A stretch of DNA of 64,000 nucleotides, from contig OMZI01000025.1 of assembly GCA_900315485.1 (NCBI GenBank), forward strand, positions 1,816-65,815. The letters are read 5' to 3'. Positions 1 to 8,935 of this stretch are shown here, in pieces; the stretch's first letter is position 1; each line of letters begins with the position of its first letter. This DNA comes from an uncultured Eubacteriales bacterium. GTDB taxonomy: Bacteria > Bacillota > Clostridia > Peptostreptococcales > Anaerovoracaceae. The notes below the pieces were generated by a model. The model did not search any database and had not been told where the DNA came from. It saw nothing but the letters and a program-made list of their open reading frames with translations. The position numbers and the translations under genes were made by a program.

Positions 1-93
1 TACCATCTCGAGGGCCTCATACTGGACGAGCTGGCGCTCAGGCCTGCCATCCGGTTTGAGAAGTTCAAGGAAAATTTCTCTTGCTGTCATCAT
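1..93 (-). CDS. N-terminal fragment of a gene leaving the window; the peptide MMTAREIFLELLKPDGRPERQLVQYEALEMV resembles N-termini of URO-D/MtaA-family methyltransferases
   Basis: ATG ATG at 93..88 (minus strand), preceded by a GGGGG RBS (complement of 101..105). Open to the window edge. Only about 31 codons are visible, so the family call is weak. Confidence 0.35.
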   Translation of the reverse strand, partial: MMTAREIFLELLKPDGRPERQLVQYEALEMV

Positions 94-130
94 GTCTTAT
101 CCCCCTTTTTTTAATGTACCCGATGTCACA

Positions 131-709
131 TTAATCGAGCAGTATGCACGATGTGAATGTCATAGTCCTGTCACCGTAGTTGTATTCGAGGCCCGATGCC
201 TTGCAGACGTCGTTGACCACCAGGCCGTAAGCCTCCATGGAAATTATCAGCTTGTCCGGGTGGCGGCACGGGCGGTCGGGATATGTGCACTTCCTGCATA
301 TGCGGCACGCGCCGGCGCCCATCGGAAGGCAGCCCGGGAAGAGTGTCCGTACCTGTCTTGCGTATGAGGCAAAATTCCTGACATGCTGATCATTGTATTT
401 AAAGATAGAGTGGTAGTCGATCTCTCTCCGCATCTGTCCGGTCGTCTGAACGATGATGCCGCGGTGATACCTGCCCGCTCTCTCTGCAGAGTGCTCAAGT
501 GAGCCAACTGCAGGAGGGCAGCTCCAGCTGCGGCCGTAGCTGCGGCACTGATCGGCAGAGCACATGTCACGTACTTCCTGACGGAATATGAGTGCGTCCA
601 TGTTGAGAGGCGCTGAGGCCGTGAAGCCGGCTTCCTCTGCGAGCTGCATCAGTTCTTCGATCGTTATGTTCTGCGGGTCATTGAAAATCATACGTACCTC
701 CGAATTCAT
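131..709 (-). CDS. DUF2284-type predicted metal-binding (Cys-rich) protein
   Basis: Internal ATG (707..709 complement) of track ORF 131..1150. Sequence MNSEVRMIFNDPQN...CSADQCRSYGRSWSCPP...CRICRKCTYPDRPCRH. The upstream part of the track ORF is antisense shadow of the + strand gene at 801. Confidence 0.65.
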   Translation of the reverse strand: MNSEVRMIFNDPQNITIEELMQLAEEAGFTASAPLNMDALIFRQEVRDMCSADQCRSYGRSWSCPPAVGSLEHSAERAGRYHRGIIVQTTGQMRREIDYHSIFKYNDQHVRNFASYARQVRTLFPGCLPMGAGACRICRKCTYPDRPCRHPDKLIISMEAYGLVVNDVCKASGLEYNYGDRTMTFTSCILLD

Positions 710-800
710 TTTACCATTATTTTTTGGTATATTTAACATGCAGTTATTTATTGGGCAAACACACGTAAACTGACTATATATAAGAAGACCGGAGGGTATT

Positions 801-2045
801 ATGGAACTGTATTTTCCGCTTGTACTGGACGGAGCCAACGGGACTGAGCTCCAGAAGAGAGGATATGACAGCAGCAAGTGCACAGAGGCATGGGTGCTCG
901 AGCATCCTGAGGTGATGGTGCAGCTGCAGAGAGAATATATCGAGGCCGGGAGCGACGTCGTATATGCGCCGACTTTCGGAGCCAACAGGGTCAAGCTCGA
1001 GGAAAACGGCATATTCAACCAGGTCGGGGATTTCAACAGGAGGCTTGTAGAGATCTCGAAGAAGGCTGTCGAAAGTGCCGGAAAGGATGCTCTTATCGCA
1101 GGTGACATCGCGACTACGGGCAAATTCCTCGCGCCTCTCGGGGACCTCACTTTCGATGAGCTCTATGACATCTATCATGAGCAGGCTGAGGCGCTTGAAG
1201 AGGCGGGCGTCGACATGTTCGTGGTCGAGACGATCATGACTGTGCCGGATGCGAGAGCCGCTTTGCTCGCAGTCAAAGACGTAAGCGACAAGCCTGTGCT
1301 CGTATCTTTCACATGCGATGAGAATGGCAGGACTCTGACAGGTACTGATGTGTGTGCTGCTCTTGTGATCATGCAGGGTATGGGCATCGATGCTTTCGGG
1401 CTCAACTGCAGCACAGGGCCTGAGGAGATGCTTGCACAGTTTAAGAGACTCGGCGAGTTCGCTGAAGTGCCTCTCGCGGTCAAGCCTAATGCCGGCCTCC
1501 CTGAGGTCGTGGATGGGAAGACTGTCTACAGCTGCACACCTGAAGAGCTCGCGAGCTACACAGACAGGTTCAACGGAGCAGGAGCTGCCATGTTCGGCGG
1601 ATGCTGTGGCACGGGACCTGATCACATAGCCGCTCTGAAGGGTTCGCTCGGCGGATTCAGCCTGAAGAAGCCATGCCCTCAGCACACGGACAGAAACCAG
1701 GTAGTATGCGCGACCGAGAAGGACGCTTTCGTTCTGGACATGGACGCTGCAGGCGGGATCAGTGTGGACACAGTTCTCTCATGTGATGCTGACCTTGAGA
1801 CTAAGATAAAGAAGGAAAACAGGGGCGATGCTGATGTCATCGCAATTGAGATAGCGAAGGATGCAGATCTTGACGAGTTCGGGGCGGCACAGTACGCAAT
1901 AAGAAAACCGCTTTGCATAGCGTGCGAAGATGCGAAGCTGCTCGAAGAGGCGCTGAGGCTGTATCAGGGCAGAGCGATATATGCAGGATCGCTCAGCACA
2001 GATGAACTGGCGCCGATGGTAAGAAAATACGGACTAATAATATGA
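801..2045 (+). CDS. Stand-alone homocysteine S-methyltransferase (MetH Hcy-binding domain) protein with a C-terminal extension of about 125 aa and unclear fold
   Basis: GGAGGG RBS at 791..796. Hcy-domain zinc cysteines are present (GLNCSTGP, GGCCGTGPDHI). No B12-binding DxHxxG motif in this protein. Confidence 0.8.
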   Translation: MELYFPLVLDGANGTELQKRGYDSSKCTEAWVLEHPEVMVQLQREYIEAGSDVVYAPTFGANRVKLEENGIFNQVGDFNRRLVEISKKAVESAGKDALIAGDIATTGKFLAPLGDLTFDELYDIYHEQAEALEEAGVDMFVVETIMTVPDARAALLAVKDVSDKPVLVSFTCDENGRTLTGTDVCAALVIMQGMGIDAFGLNCSTGPEEMLAQFKRLGEFAEVPLAVKPNAGLPEVVDGKTVYSCTPEELASYTDRFNGAGAAMFGGCCGTGPDHIAALKGSLGGFSLKKPCPQHTDRNQVVCATEKDAFVLDMDAAGGISVDTVLSCDADLETKIKKENRGDADVIAIEIAKDADLDEFGAAQYAIRKPLCIACEDAKLLEEALRLYQGRAIYAGSLSTDELAPMVRKYGLII

Positions 2046-2827
2046 AGAGAGAAATACTTGTTGTCAGCTTTGGGACGACTTCGGAAGAGAGCCGTAGACT
2101 TAATATAGGGGCAGTCGAGCAGGCAATAGAGGATGCATGCGGATTGACCGTGCGCAGGGCATTCACCTCGCAGATGATCATCAATATCATCGCAAAGAGG
2201 GAGGGCGTCAGGATCGACAATGTCAGGGAAGCCCTGGACAGAGCTGTACGGGACGGAATAAATACTCTTGTCGTACAGCCTACTCATCTCATGAGTGGCC
2301 TTGAGTATGACAAGCTGAAGGGAATACTGGATGAGTACCTGGGGCATTTTGAGAGTACTGCACTGGGAGCGCCTCTTCTGACAGGCGATGAGGATTTTGC
2401 CGGAGTCGCCGGTGCTCTGGTCGGGGCATGCGCTGAGTATGACGATGGGGAGACCGCTGTCGTGCTGATGGGCCACGGGACCGAAGCGGCGGCAAACGGG
2501 ATATACGACAGAATGCAGGAGACTTTTGCCCGTATGGGAAAGAAGAACTTCTTCGTCGGAACGGTTGAAGCCAGCCCGTCTCTTGATGATGTGATCGCTG
2601 CAACCGGGAAGGGAGATTACAGAAGAGTCGTCCTGAGGCCGCTGATGCTCGTTGCGGGAAACCACGCAGTGAATGACATGGCCGACCCGGATGATCCGGA
2701 CTCGTGGTATTCAAGGTTCACAGCTGCCGGATATGAGACGGTATGTGTGATAGAAGGACTCGGACAGATACCTGCGGTGCGGGATATTTATGCAGATCAT
2801 GCACTGGGAGCAATTGATTCAATCTGA
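2042..2827 (+). CDS. cbiK: Sirohydrochlorin cobaltochelatase, anaerobic type (cytoplasmic)
   Basis: ATGA start/stop overlap with the upstream gene. Motifs VVSFGTT, VVQPTHLMSGLEYDKL and VLMGHGTE. Confidence 0.9.
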   Translation: MKREILVVSFGTTSEESRRLNIGAVEQAIEDACGLTVRRAFTSQMIINIIAKREGVRIDNVREALDRAVRDGINTLVVQPTHLMSGLEYDKLKGILDEYLGHFESTALGAPLLTGDEDFAGVAGALVGACAEYDDGETAVVLMGHGTEAAANGIYDRMQETFARMGKKNFFVGTVEASPSLDDVIAATGKGDYRRVVLRPLMLVAGNHAVNDMADPDDPDSWYSRFTAAGYETVCVIEGLGQIPAVRDIYADHALGAIDSI

Positions 2828-2930
2828 AATACTCTGACTCGTGCCGGGATTCAGGCACGGCAGTATATATGCAAATTACGAGATAACCCGGTGCACTTGT
2901 ATCGAGATTATCTATAGGCCGCCCGTTCTC

Positions 2931-2959
2931 TTGATGCAGTAACTATGCGGTGTTACAAT
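2931..2959 (+). promoter_or_regulatory. Candidate sigma-A promoter feeding the riboswitch
   Basis: TTGATG (2931..2936), 17-nt spacer, TGtTACAAT extended -10 (2954..2959). Confidence 0.4.
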
Positions 2960-2994
2960 TACTTGGCACTGCGGAATAATTAATAACATGAAGT

Positions 2995-3185
2995 ATACGG
3001 TGCCCCGTTTCAGCCGGGGAGAATAGGGAAGCGGGTGAGAATCCCGCGCGATCCCGTCACTGTGATAGAGCGTGTCAGTTCATTATGTCACTGGAAAGGA
3101 TCCGTCCTGTTAACAGCAGGACCGGATGATCCGGGAAGGCGAACCGACATGATATGTTCTTCAGCCAGGAGACCTGCCGGTACTT
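2995..3185 (+). promoter_or_regulatory. Cobalamin (B12) riboswitch
   Basis: Conserved core AATAGGGAAGCGGGTGAGAATCCCGCGCGATCCCGTCACTGT (about 3022..3063). B12 box AGCCAGGAGACCTGCC (3163..3178). GTCACTGGAAAGG and CCGGGAAGGC elements lie between them. The expression platform (3186..3381) is not resolved by eye. Confidence 0.9.
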
Positions 3186-3381
3186 AAGTACAGGAGACTT
3201 CCGTCCGCTGCCTGCAGTGCAACCGGCAGACCGGAAAGTTTCCGAGATCACGAGGAATTGGTCGTACAGTTTAATGGAGCCTTGCTCCTTATTTCTGTCA
3301 CCTTTTTTACCGTGAGAAGTAAGAAGGCTTTTTTTATGTTAAGCCCGAAATATTTTCTTGATGGAAAAGGAGAGAAGAAAA

Positions 3382-4608
3382 ATGAAGAAGAAGTTACTGG
3401 TAATGCTGCTGGGAATCACCATGATTTTCTCATTGTCACTCATGACAGCATGCGGAGGCGGAAGCGGTGAAGCTGAGGAGGCAAAGTCTGATGACCCTGC
3501 TGCAGAATGCGCTGCTCTGATCGACGCTATCTACGTTCAGGAGTATACAGATGATACTTATGCTCAGTGCGAAGCTGCCAAGAAGGCATGGGATGCTCTG
3601 ACTGATGAGCAGAAGGAACAGGTAGAGGGCGAGTTCGCTGATCCTGATTACTTCGGAAGAGACACAGGTGATGCATCGAAGGATGATCCTCTGAACCAGG
3701 ATGAGATCGGCGAGAACGAGCTGCTCGTTGTAAGCTTTGGTACATCCTTCAACGAGAGCCGTGCAGAGGACATCGGCGGCATCGAGAAGGCTCTGCAGGA
3801 AGCTAATCCTGACTGGTCTGTAAGAAGAGCTTTCACAGCACAGATCATCATCAACCACGTATATGCACGTGACGGAGAGAAGATCGACAACGTTGATCAG
3901 GCACTCCAGAGAGCTGTAGACAACGGCGTCAAGAACCTCGTTGTACAGCCTACACACCTGATGCACGGAGCTGAGTATGATGAGCTCATCTCTGCACTCG
4001 ATGGATACAAGGATAAGTTCGATTCTGTAAAGGTAGCTGAGCCGCTTCTCGGTACTGTAGGCGAGGATGCAACAGTCATCAACGCTGACAAGGAAGCTGT
4101 TGCAAAGGCTGTAGTTGCTGAGGCTGTAAAGGCAGGCGGATTCGATTCACTTGACGCTGCAGCAGCAGACGGTACTGCATTCGTATTCATGGGACACGGT
4201 ACTTCCCACGAGGCAAGCATTTCATATGACCAGATGCAGGAGCAGATGAAGCAGCTCGGATACAAGAACGTATTCATCGGAACTGTTGAGGGCAACCCTG
4301 AAGATACAGCATTCCCTGCAGTCAAGAAGGCTGTTGAGGATGCCGGATACACAAAGGTCATCCTGAGACCTCTGATGGTAGTAGCAGGCGACCACGCCAA
4401 CAACGACATGGCCGGCGATGAAGAGGGCGCATGGTACTACGGATTCGTCAACGGCGGCGAGTTCGAGGTTGAAGGCGCTGACAAGCCTGTTGATACAGGC
4501 GCCGGGCTCGGAGCTGATAACGTAAGCAGCCAGATCGAAGGACTCGGAAGGATCGCAGACATCCAGAAGATCTACATTGCACACACTGCTGAGGCAATGG
4601 CTCAGTAA
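3382..4608 (+). CDS. Exported lipoprotein with a complete CbiK-like class-II chelatase domain
   Basis: AAAGGAGAG RBS. Signal and lipobox MKKKLLVMLLGITMIFSLSLMTAC. Acidic linker, then VVSFGTS, VVQPTHLMHGAEYDEL and FMGHGTSHE, collinear with CbiK at 2042..2827. Confidence 0.8.
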   Translation: MKKKLLVMLLGITMIFSLSLMTACGGGSGEAEEAKSDDPAAECAALIDAIYVQEYTDDTYAQCEAAKKAWDALTDEQKEQVEGEFADPDYFGRDTGDASKDDPLNQDEIGENELLVVSFGTSFNESRAEDIGGIEKALQEANPDWSVRRAFTAQIIINHVYARDGEKIDNVDQALQRAVDNGVKNLVVQPTHLMHGAEYDELISALDGYKDKFDSVKVAEPLLGTVGEDATVINADKEAVAKAVVAEAVKAGGFDSLDAAAADGTAFVFMGHGTSHEASISYDQMQEQMKQLGYKNVFIGTVEGNPEDTAFPAVKKAVEDAGYTKVILRPLMVVAGDHANNDMAGDEEGAWYYGFVNGGEFEVEGADKPVDTGAGLGADNVSSQIEGLGRIADIQKIYIAHTAEAMAQ

Positions 4609-4675
4609 ATCTGAATAGCGATGCAGGGGGCTGCTGCTGAGCAGGCCCCTTGCACAGCATTACAGGAAAAAAAGA

Positions 4676-5545
4676 ATGAAAAAGTCAAAAATAATCAAAC
4701 TAATCGCATGTGCTGTGCTTGCGTTCGCCATGCTTGCGCTTGCAGGCTGCGGCGGAGGACAGGCCGCTGATCCTGGAATCGAGGATGGCACTTACGTCGC
4801 GACCTTCACCACGGACAACTCGATGTTCCATGTGAACGAGGCCAATCAGGACAAGGGAATCCTGACTGTCGAGGACGGGAAGATGACGATCCATGTCAGC
4901 CTCCAGTCGAAGAAGATAGTCAACCTGTATCCCGGCCTTGCTGAGGATGCTCAGAAGGACGGGGCAGAGCTCCTGGAGCCGACAACAGACACTGTAACTT
5001 ACAGCGACGGCTACACTGATGAGGTATACGGATTCGATGTTCCGGTGCCTGCGCTTGACGAGGAATTCGACCTCGCACTGCTCGGGACCAAGGGAACCTG
5101 GTATGACCACAAGGTAGTCGTATCTGACCCAGTTCCCGGAGATGACATTCAGGCGGTTATCGGCGGTGAGAAAGAAGCTTCCGGTGACGCTGAAACCTCA
5201 GACAATGGGGAAGAAGCTGCTGCGCCAGATATCGCCGAAGGAGAGCATACAGTAGATGTAGCTCTTGAAGGAGGTACGGGCAAAGCGTCAGTCACTTCGC
5301 CTGCTACCATTAAAGTATCCGGCGACAGCGTCACGGCTGTGATCGAATGGAGCAGTCCGCACTACGACTACATGATCGTAGAAGGCGAGAAGTATCTGCC
5401 TGTGAACGAGGACGGAAACTCGGTGTTTGAGATCCCTGTCCTCACCTTCGACAAGCCGATGACCGTGATCGCCGATACCACGGCAATGAGCGAGCCGCAT
5501 GAGATCGAATATACACTTACATTCGACTCATCATCGGTAAAATAA
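4676..5545 (+). CDS. Lipoprotein with two beta-rich domains of about 115 aa separated by an acidic linker; function unknown
   Basis: Lipobox LALAGCGG. Domain 1 starts EDGTYVATFTTDNSMFHV. The linker is GGEKEASGDAETSDNGEEAAAPD. Domain 2 includes AVIEWSSPHYDYMIVEGEKY. Confidence 0.75.
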   Translation: MKKSKIIKLIACAVLAFAMLALAGCGGGQAADPGIEDGTYVATFTTDNSMFHVNEANQDKGILTVEDGKMTIHVSLQSKKIVNLYPGLAEDAQKDGAELLEPTTDTVTYSDGYTDEVYGFDVPVPALDEEFDLALLGTKGTWYDHKVVVSDPVPGDDIQAVIGGEKEASGDAETSDNGEEAAAPDIAEGEHTVDVALEGGTGKASVTSPATIKVSGDSVTAVIEWSSPHYDYMIVEGEKYLPVNEDGNSVFEIPVLTFDKPMTVIADTTAMSEPHEIEYTLTFDSSSVK

Positions 5546-5559
5546 TAGTTACAACTGCG

Positions 5560-5600
5560 CAGAGACCCTGCCGGAAGGCAGGATCTCTGTGTTCATTTAT
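5560..5600 (+). terminator. Intra-operon hairpin, a possible partial terminator or RNA stabiliser
   Basis: CAGAGACCCTGCC-GGAA-GGCAGGATCTCTG: 13-bp stem with one mismatch and a GNRA loop. It is followed by a weak T-rich tract (TGTTCATTTATT). Confidence 0.35.
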
Positions 5601-5654
5601 TAGAAATGCTGCACCGATGAAGTGCAGAAAGATAAATAACGGGAAATCAGACAT

Positions 5655-6923
5655 TTGAAGAATAAGTTTACGAGTACAGGAGAATTACATAATAACGACA
5701 GAGCAGGCGCAACAACTGCAATGACTGCAATAACCGGAAAGGCTGGCAAAACTGCAAAGATTTTGCTTGTCCTGATGGCGATGCTGGCTGTTTTGCTGTG
5801 TGCAGGTTGCGGCAGCAGGGATAAGGCAGCTGAAACTATCGAGGAGAAAGCAGACAGCATCCTCGAGGAGCACAAGACGGGATCAATGGAGCTCGAGTAT
5901 GCTGACCAGTTCCATGTCGACTATTACGAGGACGGCATAGCTGTTGTAACTATCGAAGACGGCCTGCAGTACCTGGTGATCGAGGGCTCGGACGAGCTGC
6001 CTGAGTGGCTTCCTGACGAAGAGATCGGAGAGATGACGATCATCTGCGCACCGGCACAGTCTGTCTACCTTGCGGCATCGTCCGCGATGGACCTTATAGA
6101 TGCAGCGGGCGCGCTCGATTCTGTCAAAATGGCAAGCACCCAGGCCAAGGACTGGGGCATCGACAAGATAAGAAAACTTGTGGAAGACGGCACGATACAG
6201 TACATCGGAAAGTACCGCGCGCCTGACTATGAAGCTTTGCTCGAAGGAGATATCGACCTTGCGATCGAGTCCACGATGATATACCACAATCCTCAGATCA
6301 AGGAGGAGATAGAGGAGGTCGGGATACCTGTGCTGGTCGAGAGGTCGAGCTACGAAGCAGACCCTCTGGGAAGGCTTGAATGGATCAAGCTGTACGGACT
6401 GCTGCTCGGAAAGAGCGAAGAGGCTGAGTCCTTCTTCAATGCGGCAGTAGAAAAGATAAAGTCCGTTGACACGGATGCGGTCTCTGAGGCGCCTTCCGTG
6501 GCATTCTTCTCGGTCAATTCGAACGGCTCCGTGGTCGTGAGAAAGCCGGGGGATTACGTGACAAAAATGATAGAAACTGCCGGCGGGACATACGCGCTTG
6601 ACGGCATAACTGAAGAAGAGGACAATGCGCTTTCCACCATGAACATGCAGATGGAAGCGTTCTATGATAAAGCGGTGGATGCTGATATACTCATCTATAA
6701 CAGCACCATCGAGGGAAGCCTTGAAAGCATAAGCGACCTGACGGCGCTGTCTGACAAGTTCGCTGACTTCAGGGCTGTGAAGGAGGGCCGCGTGTGGTGC
6801 ACAGATGCGAGCACCTTCCAGAAGACAACAGGCGTTGCGGATATGACTGTCGAGATGAACAGGATATTCGCAGGCGAAGAGGATGACAGCGATATGGAGT
6901 ATTTCCATAAGCTTGCTAGATAA
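5655..6923 (+). CDS. ABC substrate-binding lipoprotein of the FecB/BtuF (cluster A) type; BtuF-like by riboswitch context
   Basis: Lipobox LLCAGCGS. The track start at 5655 is TTG; an alternative ATG at 5721 gives a normal-length signal peptide. Confidence 0.8.
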   Translation: MKNKFTSTGELHNNDRAGATTAMTAITGKAGKTAKILLVLMAMLAVLLCAGCGSRDKAAETIEEKADSILEEHKTGSMELEYADQFHVDYYEDGIAVVTIEDGLQYLVIEGSDELPEWLPDEEIGEMTIICAPAQSVYLAASSAMDLIDAAGALDSVKMASTQAKDWGIDKIRKLVEDGTIQYIGKYRAPDYEALLEGDIDLAIESTMIYHNPQIKEEIEEVGIPVLVERSSYEADPLGRLEWIKLYGLLLGKSEEAESFFNAAVEKIKSVDTDAVSEAPSVAFFSVNSNGSVVVRKPGDYVTKMIETAGGTYALDGITEEEDNALSTMNMQMEAFYDKAVDADILIYNSTIEGSLESISDLTALSDKFADFRAVKEGRVWCTDASTFQKTTGVADMTVEMNRIFAGEEDDSDMEYFHKLAR

Positions 6924-7016
6924 GTGCGCAGCGTCATGTATATATGAGATCACCATTCAGAATATATGCATGCCGCTAGTCATTATCTGCAAGATATGAG
7001 AAATTGGGAAGTGAAA

Positions 7017-8030
7017 ATGGGAGAAGGCAGGAAATCGAGGATAATGGTAACCTATGCGGCGCTTGCGCTGCTTCTTGCCGTGCTCATAATCGCAAATATA
7101 CTGACGGGAAGCTCGTCGATGAGCGCCGGAGAGGCGGTCAGGATACTTTTCTCGCATGACACTGTGAGCAAGTTCGGCAGGATAGTATGGGACATCCGCA
7201 TGCCGAGGATCCTGGCGGCTGTTTTCCTCGGAGGCGCTCTTTCCGTATCCGGATTCCTGCTGCAGACGTTCTTCGCAAATCCTATCGCAGGCCCGTACAT
7301 CCTCGGAATCTCGTCAGGCGCAAAACTCTGCGTCGCGACTGCCATGATATACGCTTTGCGCGAGGGGATGATGACGAGCTCGCTGATGATGATCATCGCT
7401 GCCTTCGCGGGATCGCTCGCTGTTACGGCAGTGATACTCGTGATCTCGAGGCGCATAAGAAGCATGGCGGTCCTCATAGTCTGCGGCGTGATGGTGGGAT
7501 ACATATGCTCAGCGGTCACTGAATTCCTGGTGACTTTCGCTGATGATTCAAACATAGTCAACCTGCACAACTGGTCGATGGGAAGCTTCTCGGCTGTCAG
7601 CTGGGACAATGTGAAGACTCTTACGGTTGTCGTTGTGCTGGCTGTTATTGCAGCTTTTATGCTGTCAAAACCTATGACCGCTTTTCAGATGGGTGAGCAG
7701 TACGCGAGGAGTGTCGGCGTCAACATAAGATCGTTCAGGATCGGGCTCATTACGCTTTCGAGCCTGCTGTCGGCAACGGTCACTGCTTTTGCCGGCCCTA
7801 TATCCTTCGTTGGCATAGCTGTCCCGCATCTGGTGAGGTCGATAACGAAGACTTCGAAGCCGATCGTGATGGTGCCGCAGTGCTTCCTCGGGGGCGCTGT
7901 GTTCTGCCTGTTCTGCGACCTGCTTGCGAGGAATCTGTTCGCGCCGACTGAGATGAGCATCAGTACGATGACTGCTGTGTTCGGTGCGCCGGTCGTCATA
8001 TTCATGCTGCTCGACAGAAAGAAGAGGTGA
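7017..8030 (+). CDS. FecCD-family ABC permease (BtuC-like)
   Basis: ATG at 7017 after GGGAAGTG. Polytopic membrane protein with FecCD-like motifs (MPRILAAVFLGGALSVSG, GPISFVGIAVPH). Confidence 0.85.
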   Translation: MGEGRKSRIMVTYAALALLLAVLIIANILTGSSSMSAGEAVRILFSHDTVSKFGRIVWDIRMPRILAAVFLGGALSVSGFLLQTFFANPIAGPYILGISSGAKLCVATAMIYALREGMMTSSLMMIIAAFAGSLAVTAVILVISRRIRSMAVLIVCGVMVGYICSAVTEFLVTFADDSNIVNLHNWSMGSFSAVSWDNVKTLTVVVVLAVIAAFMLSKPMTAFQMGEQYARSVGVNIRSFRIGLITLSSLLSATVTAFAGPISFVGIAVPHLVRSITKTSKPIVMVPQCFLGGAVFCLFCDLLARNLFAPTEMSISTMTAVFGAPVVIFMLLDRKKR

Positions 8031-8034
8031 TGCT

Positions 8035-8910
8035 GTGAGTACTGAAAAGAAGAATAGTGCAGCATCAGCTGGCGCATATGCTTCAGAGAAAATGGCTGAT
8101 GCGAACAACAATATGAATAGCGGAACAACGGGCACAGTGATAAGCACCAGCGCCCTCGACACGGGATACGAGAAGAAGGTCGTTGTCAGCGGCGTTGAGA
8201 TAGAGATAAGAAGGGGCGAGATCGCTGCCCTGATAGGTCCTAACGGTGCAGGAAAGTCGACTGTCCTCAAGACGATAGCAGGGCAACTTGACCCGCTTGG
8301 CGGAACAGTATATATAGAAGGCCGGGCGAGGGGCGAATACAATCAGAGTGAGATCGCCCGTATGCAGGCTGTGATGCTGACTGACAGGATGCCGGCTGAG
8401 AAGATGACATGCGAGGAAGCTGTGTCGCTCGGCCGCTACCCGTACACCGGAAGGCTCGGGATACTCTCGGCGGAAGACAGGCGCATCGTCAGGGAGTCGA
8501 TGGAGCTTGTGCATGTCGAAGAGCTTGCGGACCGTGACTACAATGCGATAAGTGACGGCCAGCGTCAGCGCGTTTTGCTCGCAAGAGCCATCTGCCAGGA
8601 GCCTGAGATCATGATACTCGACGAGCCTACGTCGTATCTGGACATACGGCATAAGCTCGAATTCCTTGACCTGCTGAGGTCGCTAGTTGAGGAGAGGCAG
8701 ATAGGAGTCATCATGTCGATGCATGAGCTGGAGCTCGCACACATGGTTGCAGATAAAGTGATATGCATTTCTTCCGAGGGAAGAGTGGAAATGACAGGAA
8801 CTCCTGATGAAGTCTTTGCAGATGACGCGATAAGTAGGCTGTATGGAATGGAAGAGGGCAGGCTTACGGAGCTGTACTCAGGATTTCTTGACAGCATCAG
8901 AAGTAAATAG
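8035..8910 (+). CDS. ABC ATP-binding protein (BtuD/FecE-like)
   Basis: GTG at 8035, 5 nt after the permease stop and behind GAAGAGGTG. Walker A GPNGAGKST, signature SDGQRQR, Walker B ILDEPTSYLD. An alternative ATG lies at 8092. Confidence 0.85.
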   Translation: MSTEKKNSAASAGAYASEKMADANNNMNSGTTGTVISTSALDTGYEKKVVVSGVEIEIRRGEIAALIGPNGAGKSTVLKTIAGQLDPLGGTVYIEGRARGEYNQSEIARMQAVMLTDRMPAEKMTCEEAVSLGRYPYTGRLGILSAEDRRIVRESMELVHVEELADRDYNAISDGQRQRVLLARAICQEPEIMILDEPTSYLDIRHKLEFLDLLRSLVEERQIGVIMSMHELELAHMVADKVICISSEGRVEMTGTPDEVFADDAISRLYGMEEGRLTELYSGFLDSIRSK

Positions 8911-8935
8911 CCTTCCGGCGGATCAGCTGCGGTAA

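Noticed and set aside
56-367. 103-aa + strand ORF at the left edge.
   Set aside because: It overlaps the DUF2284 gene on the opposite strand, which has clear family motifs. It has no RBS and no motifs.
3186-3381. A defined intrinsic terminator as the riboswitch expression platform.
   Set aside because: The candidate stems are short or have very large loops (GGAGC-CTT-GCTCC at 3276..3288, and AGCCTT...AAGGCT followed by T7 near 3278..3335). I cannot decide between transcriptional and translational control from sequence alone.
3258-3470. 70-aa + strand ORF overlapping the riboswitch expression platform and the start of the lipoprotein gene (possible leader peptide).
   Set aside because: It has no RBS, sits in a different frame overlapping the real gene start, and has implausible composition.
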